Positions 44,662-55,106 of a stretch of DNA of 64,000 bases are shown in pieces. Position numbers and translations under genes: made by a program. The number at the start of each line of letters is the position of its first letter. Position 1 is the first letter of the stretch. This DNA comes from an uncultured Bacilli bacterium (lineage in GTDB: Bacteria; Bacillota_I; Bacilli_A; RFN20; CAG-826), in NCBI GenBank assembly GCA_934168325.1, contig CAKPNG010000001.1, forward strand, positions 37,018-101,017, read 5' to 3'. The notes under the pieces are model-generated. The model was not told the DNA's origin, made no database searches, and saw nothing but the letters and a program-made list of their open reading frames with translations.

Positions 44662-44707
44662 TTAAATCTTTTCCATAAAAATATTTTATTTTAAGAGGTA
44701 AGTATTA

Positions 44708-46222
44708 ATGGCGCAAGATAAAATTTTACAAACTCGTATTTCGTTAAAATACGATACCTATGCAAATTGGCATAGTAAAAATCCGCAACTCCTCGAAGGT
44801 GAGGTTGCGGTCGTTGTGATTCCTGGTAGCGATCCAGTTGGAACCATTAGTAATGTTCCTACTGTGTTATTTAAGGTTGGTGACGGCACTAAGAAATTTG
44901 ATGATCTTCCTTGGGTATCTGGTCCCGCAGGCGATGTTTATGCTTGGGCAAAAGAGGCTAATAAACCTTCTTATTCTGCAACTGAAATTACTGGTTTAGA
45001 CACCTATATTTCTGGTCAAATTCAAGACACCGATACTCAATATAAAATTGCAATTAGTGGCAGAACTGTTCAGTTATTTAAGAAAGATAAGGGTGGTGCA
45101 TTTGGCACTACACCTGATTCTACTTTTAATCTTCCCGATGAAACTGTTCATACTTTAGTTGAAGGCACCACAAACGGCACTGTTAAATATGATGGCACTG
45201 ACGTAAAAGTTCATGGACTTGGCTCTGCGGCCTATGAAGATAAGACTTTCCTTGATACAAAAATTGCCGAAGCTAAGAAAGCCGGCACGGATGCCCAGAC
45301 TGCTGTCGATACTTTATCTGGCAAAGTCGGCACTGTCCCTGAAAATAAAACTGTCATTGGCTTAATTGCCGAAGCAAAGAAAGCTGGCACTGATGCTCAG
45401 GCTTCTGTTGGTGCTCTTGATACAAGAGTAGGTGTAATTCCTGATGGGGCTGCGGCTACTACTGTTGTAGGATATGTTGATGAAAAAATTGGAGCAATTC
45501 CTACTCAAACAGATTATTCTGTAAGTGTTTCCAATCCTACTTCTACTACTTATGCTCAAGTTTATGAATTTAAACAGCTCGGCAAGACAATTGGCACTAT
45601 CAATATTCCTAAAGATATGGTAGTGCAGAGTGGTAGTGTTGAGACTAAAGCAACCGCTGGTGCTTGGGGCGAAGCTGGCACATATCTTCATTTAGTGCTT
45701 GCAAATGCTGACAACAGCTCCATTTATATTAATGTTGGCGACCTCATTGAATATGTTTCTGCTGGTTCTGGAGAAGACGATGCCATTCAAATCGATATTA
45801 GTGCTGACCACAAGGTAAGTGCTTCTGTTAAGAATGGTTCCATTACTCTTGCTATGCTGGATGCCGCTGTTCAGACTGACATTGGTAAAGCGCATACTCA
45901 TACCAATAAAACTGTTCTTGATGGTATTTCCGCTGAAAAAGTTTCTGCTTGGGATTCGGCTGAACAAAATGCAAAAACTTATTCTGATGGACAATTGGCT
46001 GGCACTATTACTGGTTTAGCCAGTCAAGCTGTTGTTTCTTCTGATGAAGCGGATGGTAGCTTCTATGCTTTATCCAATATTACTCAAGCTTCTGGTAAGA
46101 TTAAAAAAGAAAACGAAGTTAAATTTGCAAAAATTGCAAAAACTGCTAATGTAGCTGATTTAGTGCAAACAGAAGGCAACTATGTAGTATTTAATTGCGG
46201 TTCCGCAACCACAAACATTTAA
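44708..46222 (+). CDS. Tail fibre/receptor-binding protein paralog 2
   Basis: Shared N-terminal domain. TAG-free. Confidence 0.65.
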   Translation: MAQDKILQTRISLKYDTYANWHSKNPQLLEGEVAVVVIPGSDPVGTISNVPTVLFKVGDGTKKFDDLPWVSGPAGDVYAWAKEANKPSYSATEITGLDTYISGQIQDTDTQYKIAISGRTVQLFKKDKGGAFGTTPDSTFNLPDETVHTLVEGTTNGTVKYDGTDVKVHGLGSAAYEDKTFLDTKIAEAKKAGTDAQTAVDTLSGKVGTVPENKTVIGLIAEAKKAGTDAQASVGALDTRVGVIPDGAAATTVVGYVDEKIGAIPTQTDYSVSVSNPTSTTYAQVYEFKQLGKTIGTINIPKDMVVQSGSVETKATAGAWGEAGTYLHLVLANADNSSIYINVGDLIEYVSAGSGEDDAIQIDISADHKVSASVKNGSITLAMLDAAVQTDIGKAHTHTNKTVLDGISAEKVSAWDSAEQNAKTYSDGQLAGTITGLASQAVVSSDEADGSFYALSNITQASGKIKKENEVKFAKIAKTANVADLVQTEGNYVVFNCGSATTNI

Positions 46223-46288
46223 TTTTAATTATAAAGAGGTGGGTCGTCTTAGGGCGGCCCACTTCATATGAAGAAAGGAGGCTTCTTA

Positions 46289-47293
46289 ATGGCTAATACT
46301 GAATTTAATGTAAGAATTTAGTTAAAGCGTGATACTGATGCAAATTGGCGAGCAAAAGATCCTCAATTATTAGCAGGCGAAGTTGTTTTTGTTGATACGA
46401 ATGCGGGCGAAGTAAGAACTAAAGTTGGCGATGGAACTAAAAAATATAGTGCATTACCTTTTATGGATGAGGTATTAAGAAACCTCATTTCAAATACAGA
46501 ACATTTATTTAAAGTAAGGGCTGTTTGCGACTTAGCTGGTGATACAACTACGCCAACAACAATTTTAGAACATGAAGATATTGGTGAGATTCTTTCTGCT
46601 GCAATAGATACTACTCGGCCAGTGGTAGCAGAAATTCAGTCATAGGACAATGAATACGATAAATTATGGCTACCATTAGTTTATTTTAATCCTGATAAAG
46701 AAGAAGCTAGTTTTATAGGGCCTCTTAGTGCAAGCGCTTGGTTTACATTAGAGTTTACAAATGGAGCTTGGTTTTTTGGACGAATAGACTTAGCAAAATT
46801 AACTGATATTCCAACAAAACTTTCTCAGCTTGAAAATGACACTAATTACCTTAATTCTGATACAAACTTTGTTCATAAAACAGGTGATGAAGAAATTAAG
46901 GGAATAAAAACTTTTGAAAGTTCTATCGTTTGCTCTATGACACCAGGCAATGAAAATCATTTAGTTAATAAAAAATATGTTGATAATAAAGTCGGCACTT
47001 ATTTACCTCTTGCGGGCGGTAAAATGACTGGTAATATCCAAATGAATAATAAGGAAATTACACAAGCCGCGAAAATAGGGTTTTTAAGGGGAGCGTATTT
47101 TGAAAGTTCAAATATATAGCAACAAAATGTAATTTCTGCTTTTACTTCTGGTGGTAGTACTCTTGCTTATCTTAATGCTTATGCTCAAACTCCAAAAGCA
47201 ACTGATAACGTGATGGTTCTCGCAAATAAAGAATATGTCGATAAAAAAACAACAGTCCTGTTAAAAACTTGGACTTCTGCCGATATTAGTTAA
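46289..47293 (+). CDS. Tail fibre paralog 3 with collar-like motif; 3 in-frame TAG
   Basis: MANTEFNVRI*LKRDTDANW... joins ORFs 46463.. and 46937... Contains LPLAGGKMTGNIQMNNKEIT. Ends in TAA. Confidence 0.65.
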
Positions 47294-47296
47294 ATT

Positions 47297-47324
47297 TGAC
47301 TTTTAACTAAAATTATGTTATAAT
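47297..47324 (+). promoter_or_regulatory. sigma70-like promoter
   Basis: TTGACT-N16-TATAAT. Confidence 0.5.
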
Positions 47325-47349
47325 AAATTTAACTAAAAGGAGAGATAAA

Positions 47350-48171
47350 ATGGCAACTGAACAAACTTTAACTACTTTAATTATAAATGAAGTAGATAGT
47401 AAAGAAACATTTAATAAAATGAAAGCATAGGGTTTGATTAATGAAAAGGAACTCTATTTAACACCAGAAGAGGCTGCAGAACATCAAATTAAAGTTCAAA
47501 ATGATGAACCTACTAATGCTGTAGCTAATGATTTATGGCTTGATTTAGATGAAGATGCTCCAGCTTCTTTACCAGTTAGTGGCGGTACTTTAACTGGTCC
47601 ACTAGCTATGAGCAACAATAAAATTACAGGAGTAGGAGATCCTACTTCTGCTCAAGATGTCGCAACAAAAAATTACATTGACATTTCCTTTTTAGCTTTA
47701 AGCGGTGGCACAATTAATGGTGATTTAGTACTTGGCCCTACGAGTTCTTTAAAATTTTAGATTGGAAACTCAGCTTTTACAATAAAAGCAGGTGGTCAAG
47801 GCTTATTGGTTCCTGCTCCAATTTTTATGACCGCTCAGGGCAATCCTTCAACATAGACTGCCTTAGTAACTATGGGACAATGTACCGAGGCATTTGCGCC
47901 AAAAATAGCTAGTGTTAGTGCAAGTGGAGCAATTAATCAAACTTTAGTAAAAAATAGAGATTATACCTTTACTTCTGTTTCTTCTTTAAATTTAACAGCA
48001 GGAACTGGCTCCTGTCATGGATTCATAACTTTTGGTAGTTCTACACCTACTGTTTCGCTTTCAGGTTTTACAAAAGTAGATGGTGATATAGCTAATGCTG
48101 CGGCTTCAACGGTTTGGGAATTTTCTTGTTATAATAAATATGCTGTGTTTAAGAACTGGAGTGAGGTGTAA
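47350..48171 (+). CDS. Tail fibre-like protein; 3 in-frame TAG
   Basis: SGGTLTGPLAMSNNKITGVGDPTSAQDVATKNYID. N- and C-terminal regions are paralogous to the 52434 gene. Confidence 0.65.
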
Positions 48172-48176
48172 GCTTT

Positions 48177-48602
48177 ATGGATTTATTTGAAAGAAGAAGA
48201 AATCTATTGGGCGGTAAGAAGAAATTATACCTTTATTAGGCTGGATGGACTAATGTCCAAAATAGTGCTATTAAGGGGTGGGCTTATGCTTTTCAATCTA
48301 ACTATCTTTTAATTGATCCGAGTTTAGATTCTTCATACGCTTTTGCTCGTATTACAATTAATAATATTACTGATTTATCTTTATATAAAAAATTATATAT
48401 TCGTTATTATTGTAATGTTAGTAATGGAGATATTCATGTAGGTAAAGTAATGCATTCTAATATTAATGGGGCTATTATTGCAAATACTATAACTACTTTA
48501 AGTTTTGATATTAATAATGATTGGAACTATTTATAGATTGGTGGTTCTAATGCTGCATTTTCAACACTGTTTAGAATTTATGAAATTTGGCTTGAAAAAT
48601 AA
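48177..48602 (+). CDS. Hypothetical protein; 2 in-frame TAG
   Basis: ATG 48177. Ends in TAA. Confidence 0.45.
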
Positions 48603-48616
48603 AAGGAGGAATAAAA

Positions 48617-48997
48617 ATGCCTGTCTTAAAAGTTAAAACACCTAATAATGGCTGGGTTGCCGTTGGAGGCGGGGCTACTGGCAGCTCAGGTTCTGGAACT
48701 GGTGGTAGTTCTTATACTCTACCGATTGCTAATGCAACAATTTTGGGTGGAGTAAAACCTGTATCCAAAACCTCCGAAATGACTCAAGCTGTTGGTGTAG
48801 ATAATGATGGCCGTTTATATACAAAACCTGGAACTGGTGGATCTGGTTCTGGTGGCGGAGGATTATCTTCGGCTTATTCTGTTGGAGCAACTGCTCCTTC
48901 TGACACTGGAATTTTATGGATTGATAGTGGAAATTCCAATACATTAAAATTTTATAACGGTTCAAGCTGGGTTGCAGTTGGAGCTGTTTGGGGATAA
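48617..48997 (+). CDS. Gly-rich fibre-like protein
   Basis: RBS aaggagga. GSGSGGGG tracts. Confidence 0.55.
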   Translation: MPVLKVKTPNNGWVAVGGGATGSSGSGTGGSSYTLPIANATILGGVKPVSKTSEMTQAVGVDNDGRLYTKPGTGGSGSGGGGLSSAYSVGATAPSDTGILWIDSGNSNTLKFYNGSSWVAVGAVWG

Positions 48998-49010
48998 AAG
49001 GAGTAAATAA

Positions 49011-49307
49011 ATGGAGAGAAAAGAATTAACAGTTCAAGTTAGCTCCGATGTTTGTGAGTTAATTGAAGCTTTACAATATGAGGTTGAAAGTCGTAAAGAA
49101 ATTATTTCCTTCATGTTAAGTTCAGGTATGGATATTCATAGTGATAGCTTTAAAGAATATGAAAAGCAATATATTGATTTCTTTATTCAATATAATGAAG
49201 CAAAGAATCGTCTTGAAGCTGATTTTGTGCGACCACTTACAAGTGAATTTGAGACATGGAATCTTGATTTTACAACTCATATTATTACAATTAAATTAAA
49301 AAAATAA
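49011..49307 (+). CDS. Hypothetical small protein upstream of the Cys-repeat gene
   Basis: RBS aaaggag. 98 aa. Confidence 0.5.
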   Translation: MERKELTVQVSSDVCELIEALQYEVESRKEIISFMLSSGMDIHSDSFKEYEKQYIDFFIQYNEAKNRLEADFVRPLTSEFETWNLDFTTHIITIKLKK

Positions 49308-49327
49308 AATAATTTGGAGGAATTAAC

Positions 49328-50305
49328 TTGATTACTTCCGAAGAAATTAAAAACATAAAACAAAAATTAGGTAATGAAATGGCACGGCGTCGTTGGTATG
49401 GCAATTTAAATGTTAGCCCTTATAATGCGACTATAATGAGTAATGCTACACAAATTACCAAAGGGTCAAAAATGTTAGCATCTTAGGGTAATGAAATTTT
49501 AACCCCTTTAAACAAAATAGCAACAGACAGTAATTTACCAATTGCCACGGCTAATAGCCCAATTCCCAATACATTTAATTATAATGCTTTAAATGAGAAA
49601 ATAACAGCATGGTCCGCAGAAGATATTGCAGGAAGCGTTACTTCTTGCGGAGCGGTCTGTACTGGTTTATGCACAACCACTTGTGCTAGTGGATGCGGCG
49701 GCGGTTGCGATTCTTCTTGTGGTAAGAATTGCGGTTCTGGATGCTCTAATGAGTGCAAAGGTGGCTGTTCAGGTAATTGTGCGGCCGGTTGCGGTGGTAG
49801 TTGTGGTTCGAGCTGTTCTAATGCTTGTTCAGGAAGCTGTGGTGGAAACTGTGGTTCAAATTGTAGTGGTTGTGGTGGAAAATGCTCAGCAGCCTGCACT
49901 TCGAGCTGTAGTTCGGGGTGCGTAGGAGATTGTAAATATACTTGCACAGGTAGTAGTGCTAGTGGTGCTAGTTGCAGTAGTAGCTGTACTGCTACTTGTC
50001 ATCATGTATGTAAGAATGGTTGTTCATCTTCTTGCTCCTCAACTTGTGGAAAAACTTGCAGAGTCGATTGCAATTCAAGTTGTTCTGATGGTTGTGATAG
50101 AGGCTGTTCTGGCAGTTGCGGTTCTGGTTGTTCTGGAACTTGCTCAGGTGGCTGTGATGGCTCATGTGGGAGTGGTTGTTCCAGTCAATGCTATGGTGGT
50201 TGTTCCGCTCAATGTGTAATGGCTTGCACTGGCGGTTGTGGTAGTGGTTGCACTCATTCTTGTGCAACAAGTTGTTCAACCTTATGTGTTAATGCCGCGT
50301 CATAA
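49328..50305 (+). CDS. Cys-repeat protein: about 100-aa N-domain plus about 53 Cys in CxxxC periodicity; 1 in-frame TAG (49484-49486)
   Basis: RBS ggagg then TTG. ...SCGAVCTGLCTTTCASGCGGGCDSSCGKNCGSGCSNEC... Ends at TAA 50303-50305. Listed ORFs 49579-49947(-), 49626-49925(+), 49956-50219(+) and 49992-50279(-) are off-frame shadows. Confidence 0.75.
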
Positions 50306-50326
50306 ATTAAAAGGAGATTTTTAGGA

Positions 50327-51664
50327 ATGAATTTTGAAGATTTTCAATTATTAGAAGATAGACACCATGAAGAATATAGTAGTGAAATGATGAGAATTTT
50401 TAGGTTAAAACATATTCCTAAAACTATTACTTTTCAAGTTACAGAGGACTGTTGTCTATCCTGTATTTATTGCTATCAACACGCTAAAAAAAAGACGCAC
50501 ATGACTCCAGAAATAGGTCACGCTGCGATTGATTGGTTATTAGCTTCTACACCAGAAAATAATCCATATATAAATCCTGAAAATTCTCCTGCAATAATAA
50601 TTGACTTTATTGGCGGAGAGCCTTTAATGGAAATTGATTTAATTGAAGATTTAATTTGCTATTTTAAAAGACGCACAATTGAATTAAACCATCCATGGGC
50701 TTTCCGCCACAGATTTTCAATTTGTTCTAATGGAGTTCTTTATTTTGATCCACGCGTACAATCTTTACTTCAAAAATATGGAAATGAAATTAGCTTTTCG
50801 ATTTCAATTGATGGTACAAAAGAATTGCATGATGCTTGTAGAGTTTTCCCCGATGGACGCGGTAGCTATGATATTGCAGTTAAAGGAGCATTACATTATC
50901 AAAAGCATTATGGACATGGAGCTATTGGTAGTAAGATGACATTGGCTCCAGAAAATATTAAATTTACTTGTTCCGCAGTAGAAAATTTATTAAAGCTAAA
51001 CTATAAGTCAATTAACTTAAATTGTGTTTTTGAGGAAGGTTGGACTAGTAAAGATGCATTAATTCTTTACCAGCAACTCAAAAAAATTGCAGATTTTATG
51101 ATAGAGAAAAAACTTTATAAAGATACAACAATTTCAATGTTTTCTTTGCGGTGCGGGCATCCTTTAGATAAAAAAGACAATGAAAATTATTGCGGAGGAG
51201 CGGGTCAAGGTGGAATGATGGCAATTAACTATTTAGGTAATATTTATCCTTGCCTCCGTTATATGGAAAGTTCAGTAGGAGATAACCAACCGCCGATGAT
51301 AATTGGCAATATTTTTGAAGGAATTGGCACACATTTAGAAGAACAAAAAAGATTAAAACTTTTGAATGCAGTGACGCGACGCTCGCAATCTACTGATAAA
51401 TGTTGGACTTGTCCAATTGCGAGCAATTGCGGTAATTGTTCAGCATATTCTTATGAAAAATTTGGAACACCTGATCATAGGGCAACTTTTATCTGTCCTA
51501 TGCACATTGCAAGGGTATTAGCTAATGTGTATTATTGGAATAAAGTGTTTCAACAAGAGAATATAGAAAAAAGATTTTGGAATTTTGTGCCTAAAGAATG
51601 GGCACTTGATATTATAGATGAAAATGAATTTGATTTATTAAATAAATTAAGTGGGGTGTTTTAA
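50327..51664 (+). CDS. Radical SAM/SPASM-domain peptide-modifying enzyme (anSME-like)
   Basis: CLSCIYC (CxxxCxxC), GGEPL and a C-terminal SPASM cysteine cluster CWTCPIASNCGNC...FICP. Confidence 0.85.
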   Translation: MNFEDFQLLEDRHHEEYSSEMMRIFRLKHIPKTITFQVTEDCCLSCIYCYQHAKKKTHMTPEIGHAAIDWLLASTPENNPYINPENSPAIIIDFIGGEPLMEIDLIEDLICYFKRRTIELNHPWAFRHRFSICSNGVLYFDPRVQSLLQKYGNEISFSISIDGTKELHDACRVFPDGRGSYDIAVKGALHYQKHYGHGAIGSKMTLAPENIKFTCSAVENLLKLNYKSINLNCVFEEGWTSKDALILYQQLKKIADFMIEKKLYKDTTISMFSLRCGHPLDKKDNENYCGGAGQGGMMAINYLGNIYPCLRYMESSVGDNQPPMIIGNIFEGIGTHLEEQKRLKLLNAVTRRSQSTDKCWTCPIASNCGNCSAYSYEKFGTPDHRATFICPMHIARVLANVYYWNKVFQQENIEKRFWNFVPKEWALDIIDENEFDLLNKLSGVF

Positions 51665-52047
51665 TGGCACTTTATTTTGGAAATTAGTTAGTTAGTTTAA
51701 CATCGGTTAATAGTGGTGGAGAAGCGAATATACAAACAGCGACTCTTTCTTTGACAGGAAATGCTTTAGGTCAAGGCATTACAGTATTGTATATAAATGA
51801 TAATGGAGAGCTACAAACCGACGACTATAATCAAGAAGCTACAATCACAGTATAGAAGTCTACCATAGTATTTTTTATATTTTCGAGCAATTTGTAGATT
51901 CTAACAGTTGTGGATGGAGTTCCAGAAAATTATCTTCGTGAGTAGGCGGGTGGAAATTATGATTCATTTATTTTAGCGCCTTCTGTATCCTGTTCCTCTA
52001 TTATGGTTGAAGGAGATTCGACGGTTAATGTGGCAATAAACGTTTAA
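51664..52047 (+). CDS. Hypothetical beta-rich protein; 5 in-frame TAG; start overlaps the radical SAM gene stop
   Basis: TAATG overlap. Ends at TAA 52045-52047. Confidence 0.45.
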
Positions 52048-52134
52048 GAAAAGGCTTTCCAAAAATTTGATTAGAGAAATAATTGCTTCTTTTCAAAGTT
52101 TATTTATAATAGTAGATTTTAATTAAATAAAAGT

Positions 52135-52163
52135 TTGACTTTCTCCTAAACTTATGTTATAAT
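52135..52163 (+). promoter_or_regulatory. sigma70-like promoter with extended -10
   Basis: TTGACT-N17-TGtTATAAT. Confidence 0.5.
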
Positions 52164-52186
52164 AAAAGAAAAAGGAGAAAATAAAA

Positions 52187-52363
52187 ATGCAACATATAAA
52201 ATATATTGGTCATGATTTTGATGAAAATGGTTTTTTGGTTGAAATTTTTGAATATAGAGGCCGTCAATATTCTTGGATTCACAATGGAAAATATACAGGA
52301 AGTTCTGAAGGCTTCCATCAGAGAGAAACACAAAAAATTGATTCTCTTAAATTAACATAGTGA
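52187..52363 (+). CDS. Small hypothetical protein (57 aa)
   Basis: RBS aaaaggag then ATG. Confidence 0.35.
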
Positions 52364-52433
52364 AAATAATGTATTTTTTTAAATATACTCTTACTTAATT
52401 GTAGGAGTATATTTTTTTTGGAGGAATTTTAAA

Positions 52434-53081
52434 ATGGCACAAATTAAGCTTAAAACAGGTGATAATAAATATGAATATATAGAAGACAGACGCCTCCATA
52501 TTGGTAATTCACAACCTACCAATTCAGAAACTAATGATTTATGGTTAGATACTGATGAAGAGGGCGTAGCACTTCAACCAGAATTACCAAAATTCTCAGG
52601 ACTTGTTAAACAAACTTTAGACAATAATGGAGTGGCAACTTTTTCCGCGGCGGTTAAAAATGAAGATTTTCAGTCACCTTTAAATTAGGTTAATGGAATT
52701 TTAAAAAGTAATAATGACCGGCAAATTTCACAAGCAGAAGCCAATGTAGATTATATGGAACCACCTGCATTTGTAAGTCAAAATGGTGCAAGCCTATCCA
52801 TCATATTATCACATAATAAATTTTATAATTTAATTATATCTGCAAATGGACTTTTAACTTTAAATAGTGGATTAGGTGGAGCTGGTGAAACCACTGATGT
52901 TTCAATTTCTCATGGCTTTATTTAGTTTGAAGGTCCAGCAACCGTTAATTTTGGAGCTTTTCTTTCAATAAAAGGTAGCGACGATATATCAGGGACGACT
53001 GCTACAATTACAAAGGCAACACTATGGGAGTTTTCATCTCTTAATGGTTATTTAATAATAAAAGATTGGAGTGAAGATTAA
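52434..53081 (+). CDS. Tail fibre-like protein paralog of the 47350 gene; 2 in-frame TAG
   Basis: NDLWLDTDEEG and C-terminal TLWEF...DWSED parallel NDLWLDLDED and TVWEF...NWSEV. Confidence 0.6.
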
Positions 53082-53082
53082 A

Positions 53083-53430
53083 ATGAAAAAGACGCATAAT
53101 TTTTGTAAGCGTGTTGTTATTTTCTGCATTACTTTTATTGTACTTTATATAATTGTTGCAGTTGCTTTTAATTTTTTACTTCAAATTGAATTAAGCCCAA
53201 CTTTAACTACTTGTGTTTTTGGCTTTTTTGGAACTGAATTAGGAGCCTGTGCTTTTGTTCGTATTATGTAGGGAAAATACGAACAAGTTGAAATACAAAA
53301 ACAAGAGATTGCACCAGACATTATACCGCCTTCCGCAGTCAATAATCAAATAGTTGAATCAACTGAAAATTATGATGAAGATAATGGGACAACAGCTCAA
53401 CAGCTTATTGATAAATTATTAAAATATTAA
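53083..53430 (+). CDS. Holin-like small membrane protein; 1 in-frame TAG
   Basis: Two TM segments then a hydrophilic tail. Listed ORF ends at TAG 53269-53271 and is open to TAA 53428-53430. Confidence 0.4.
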
Positions 53431-53435
53431 AAAAA

Positions 53436-53472
53436 ATAGAGAGCTTTATTCATTAAAGCTCTCTTTTCTTTA
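53436..53472. terminator. Bidirectional intrinsic terminator
   Basis: AGAGAGCTTTA/AAAGCTCTCT hairpin. Confidence 0.65.
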
Positions 53473-53473
53473 C

Positions 53474-54589
53474 TTATTTAAGTTGATCCCAATCACATTC
53501 TTGCCACTGTTTATCTTCTCTAAATCCAATCATTTTAGCGTGACGGAGACCGCCCGCGTCAGTATCAAATCTTTCCATTGAAGTAATTTCAATTACTTTA
53601 CCTTTATAGTCTTTATAGTTGGCTTTAATTTCTTCAGTCAATCCACTCAACCAACCAATTGGAGTAATTTTTCCATCTTTAATTACTCCTATTTCCAAGC
53701 TCCCCGCCCAACCATAATAATAGCTTTTTGTAATAGGCATAAGTGAAGTCATACCTTCATCATATTTTCTCCAAAGTCGTTCATTAAATTTTTCACCAGT
53801 GCGAGCGTCTTCCCAATATTTCCATTCTTCAATTTGTTTACCTGTGTAAGCTTTAGTAGGTGCTGCGGCACGACCTGTAAAGAAACAATCAATTGTATTA
53901 GAAAGTTCTTTTTTAATTTTTATTGTCATGCGGGCTGGCGTTCTTTTTTCATAAATTGGACAATCTTTTCGAGTTATTACAACACCTTCGAGATCTTTTG
54001 CTAAATATTCACTAATTTTATCCCAGAGTTCAGCTCCTTCATAATAAGTAGCAAAATCGACATAAGGATAATTTCCATAAATTGAATTATTTATTTTATT
54101 AAGAACTCTTATGCGGTCTTCAATCGGTTTAGACATATAGTTTTCGCCTTTCCAAGCACAAACATCAAAAACATAAAAGTGAAGGAATTTATTTTGTTCT
54201 TGCTGGCGAGCAATACATTTTTCTTTAAGACAGCCCAAAAGCGAAGTGATTTTTCTGCTTCCTTCATCATTTGGCAAATAAATTTCTCCAATGAGGCAAG
54301 TCCCATTGGGAAGAGATTCGAACCAGTTTCTCAATTGCGGAACCCATTCGTGTTTATCTACTGGTTCTCCTTTAACATTTTTATCGCGGGCGACCATAAA
54401 GATATTGCCGTCATCATCCTTAATAACACGCTGATAATATCCATCTCTTTTCAAGGCTCCAACATAACGTCCGCTAAAAATTAAATCATAAGTTTCTTGC
54501 TTTTTATCTTTTTTGTAGTTAAGAGGGAATTGCCAGTAACGCATTGCCTCCATATCTACAAAATTTTTATTGCCAATATAACCTTCCAT
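53474..54589 (-). CDS. ATP-dependent DNA/RNA ligase (nucleotidyltransferase superfamily)
   Basis: KRDG (motif I-like) and EGVVITRKD...K.K (motifs IV/V). Confidence 0.6.
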   Translation of the reverse strand: MEGYIGNKNFVDMEAMRYWQFPLNYKKDKKQETYDLIFSGRYVGALKRDGYYQRVIKDDDGNIFMVARDKNVKGEPVDKHEWVPQLRNWFESLPNGTCLIGEIYLPNDEGSRKITSLLGCLKEKCIARQQEQNKFLHFYVFDVCAWKGENYMSKPIEDRIRVLNKINNSIYGNYPYVDFATYYEGAELWDKISEYLAKDLEGVVITRKDCPIYEKRTPARMTIKIKKELSNTIDCFFTGRAAAPTKAYTGKQIEEWKYWEDARTGEKFNERLWRKYDEGMTSLMPITKSYYYGWAGSLEIGVIKDGKITPIGWLSGLTEEIKANYKDYKGKVIEITSMERFDTDAGGLRHAKMIGFREDKQWQECDWDQLK

Positions 54590-54590
54590 T

Positions 54591-55106
54591 TTATTCTCCT
54601 TTTACAATCATTTGATAAAAGTTTTCAGCTTTATCAATTAACATATCAATATCTCCATCGTTATCAATATAATAATCATAAGTGTAATCTTTTACATCAT
54701 TGTCGGCGTGATTTGACTGCTTTACAGCATTGAGACAAGGGCGGTTAATGAAGATCGTTTTGGCCCCTAATCTATCAACCATTTTTTGAATTTCTTTAGG
54801 CTCTCTAACCATTACAAAAATTAAAACAGGTTTGTCATCTTTATTATAAAATTCAATTTCTTTGATACGGTTTTCTATATCAAAATAAGGAACATCATTC
54901 CATTCAGTTAAAAGGTCTTTTAAGTCGCTTAAAAACTTGCGGTTTTTAGAAGTCTTTGTGCCATCCCAACCAGCAACACGGGCGACCTGCTTTACTAAAT
55001 CGACACTACTCATTTTGAAAATACCATCATGGCGAGCACTTATCATATCAACAAAACTATCCTTGCCCGCGGTAGGATAAGAATTTAAAACAAATATATG
55101 TATCAT
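54591..55106 (-). CDS. Deoxynucleoside monophosphate kinase-like P-loop protein
   Basis: MIHIFVLNSYPTAGKDSFVDMI resembles the T4 gp1 N-terminus. Confidence 0.45.
   Translation of the reverse strand: MIHIFVLNSYPTAGKDSFVDMISARHDGIFKMSSVDLVKQVARVAGWDGTKTSKNRKFLSDLKDLLTEWNDVPYFDIENRIKEIEFYNKDDKPVLIFVMVREPKEIQKMVDRLGAKTIFINRPCLNAVKQSNHADNDVKDYTYDYYIDNDGDIDMLIDKAENFYQMIVKGE

Noticed and set aside
45362-46019. - strand ORFs 45362-45691, 45692-45994 and + ORF 45819-46019
   Set aside because: Overlap tail-fibre paralog 2 in other frames; no RBS or motifs.
46236-46268. GC hairpin GTGGGTCG...CGGCCCAC between fibre genes as a terminator
   Set aside because: No downstream T tract; at most a processing or stability hairpin.
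49579-50279. Four listed ORFs on both strands over the Cys-repeat gene (49579-49947-, 49626-49925+, 49956-50219+, 49992-50279-)
   Set aside because: Off-frame or antisense readings of the periodic TGY/GGY codons, giving poly-V/L/Q artefacts. The real frame starts at TTG 49328 after GGAGG.
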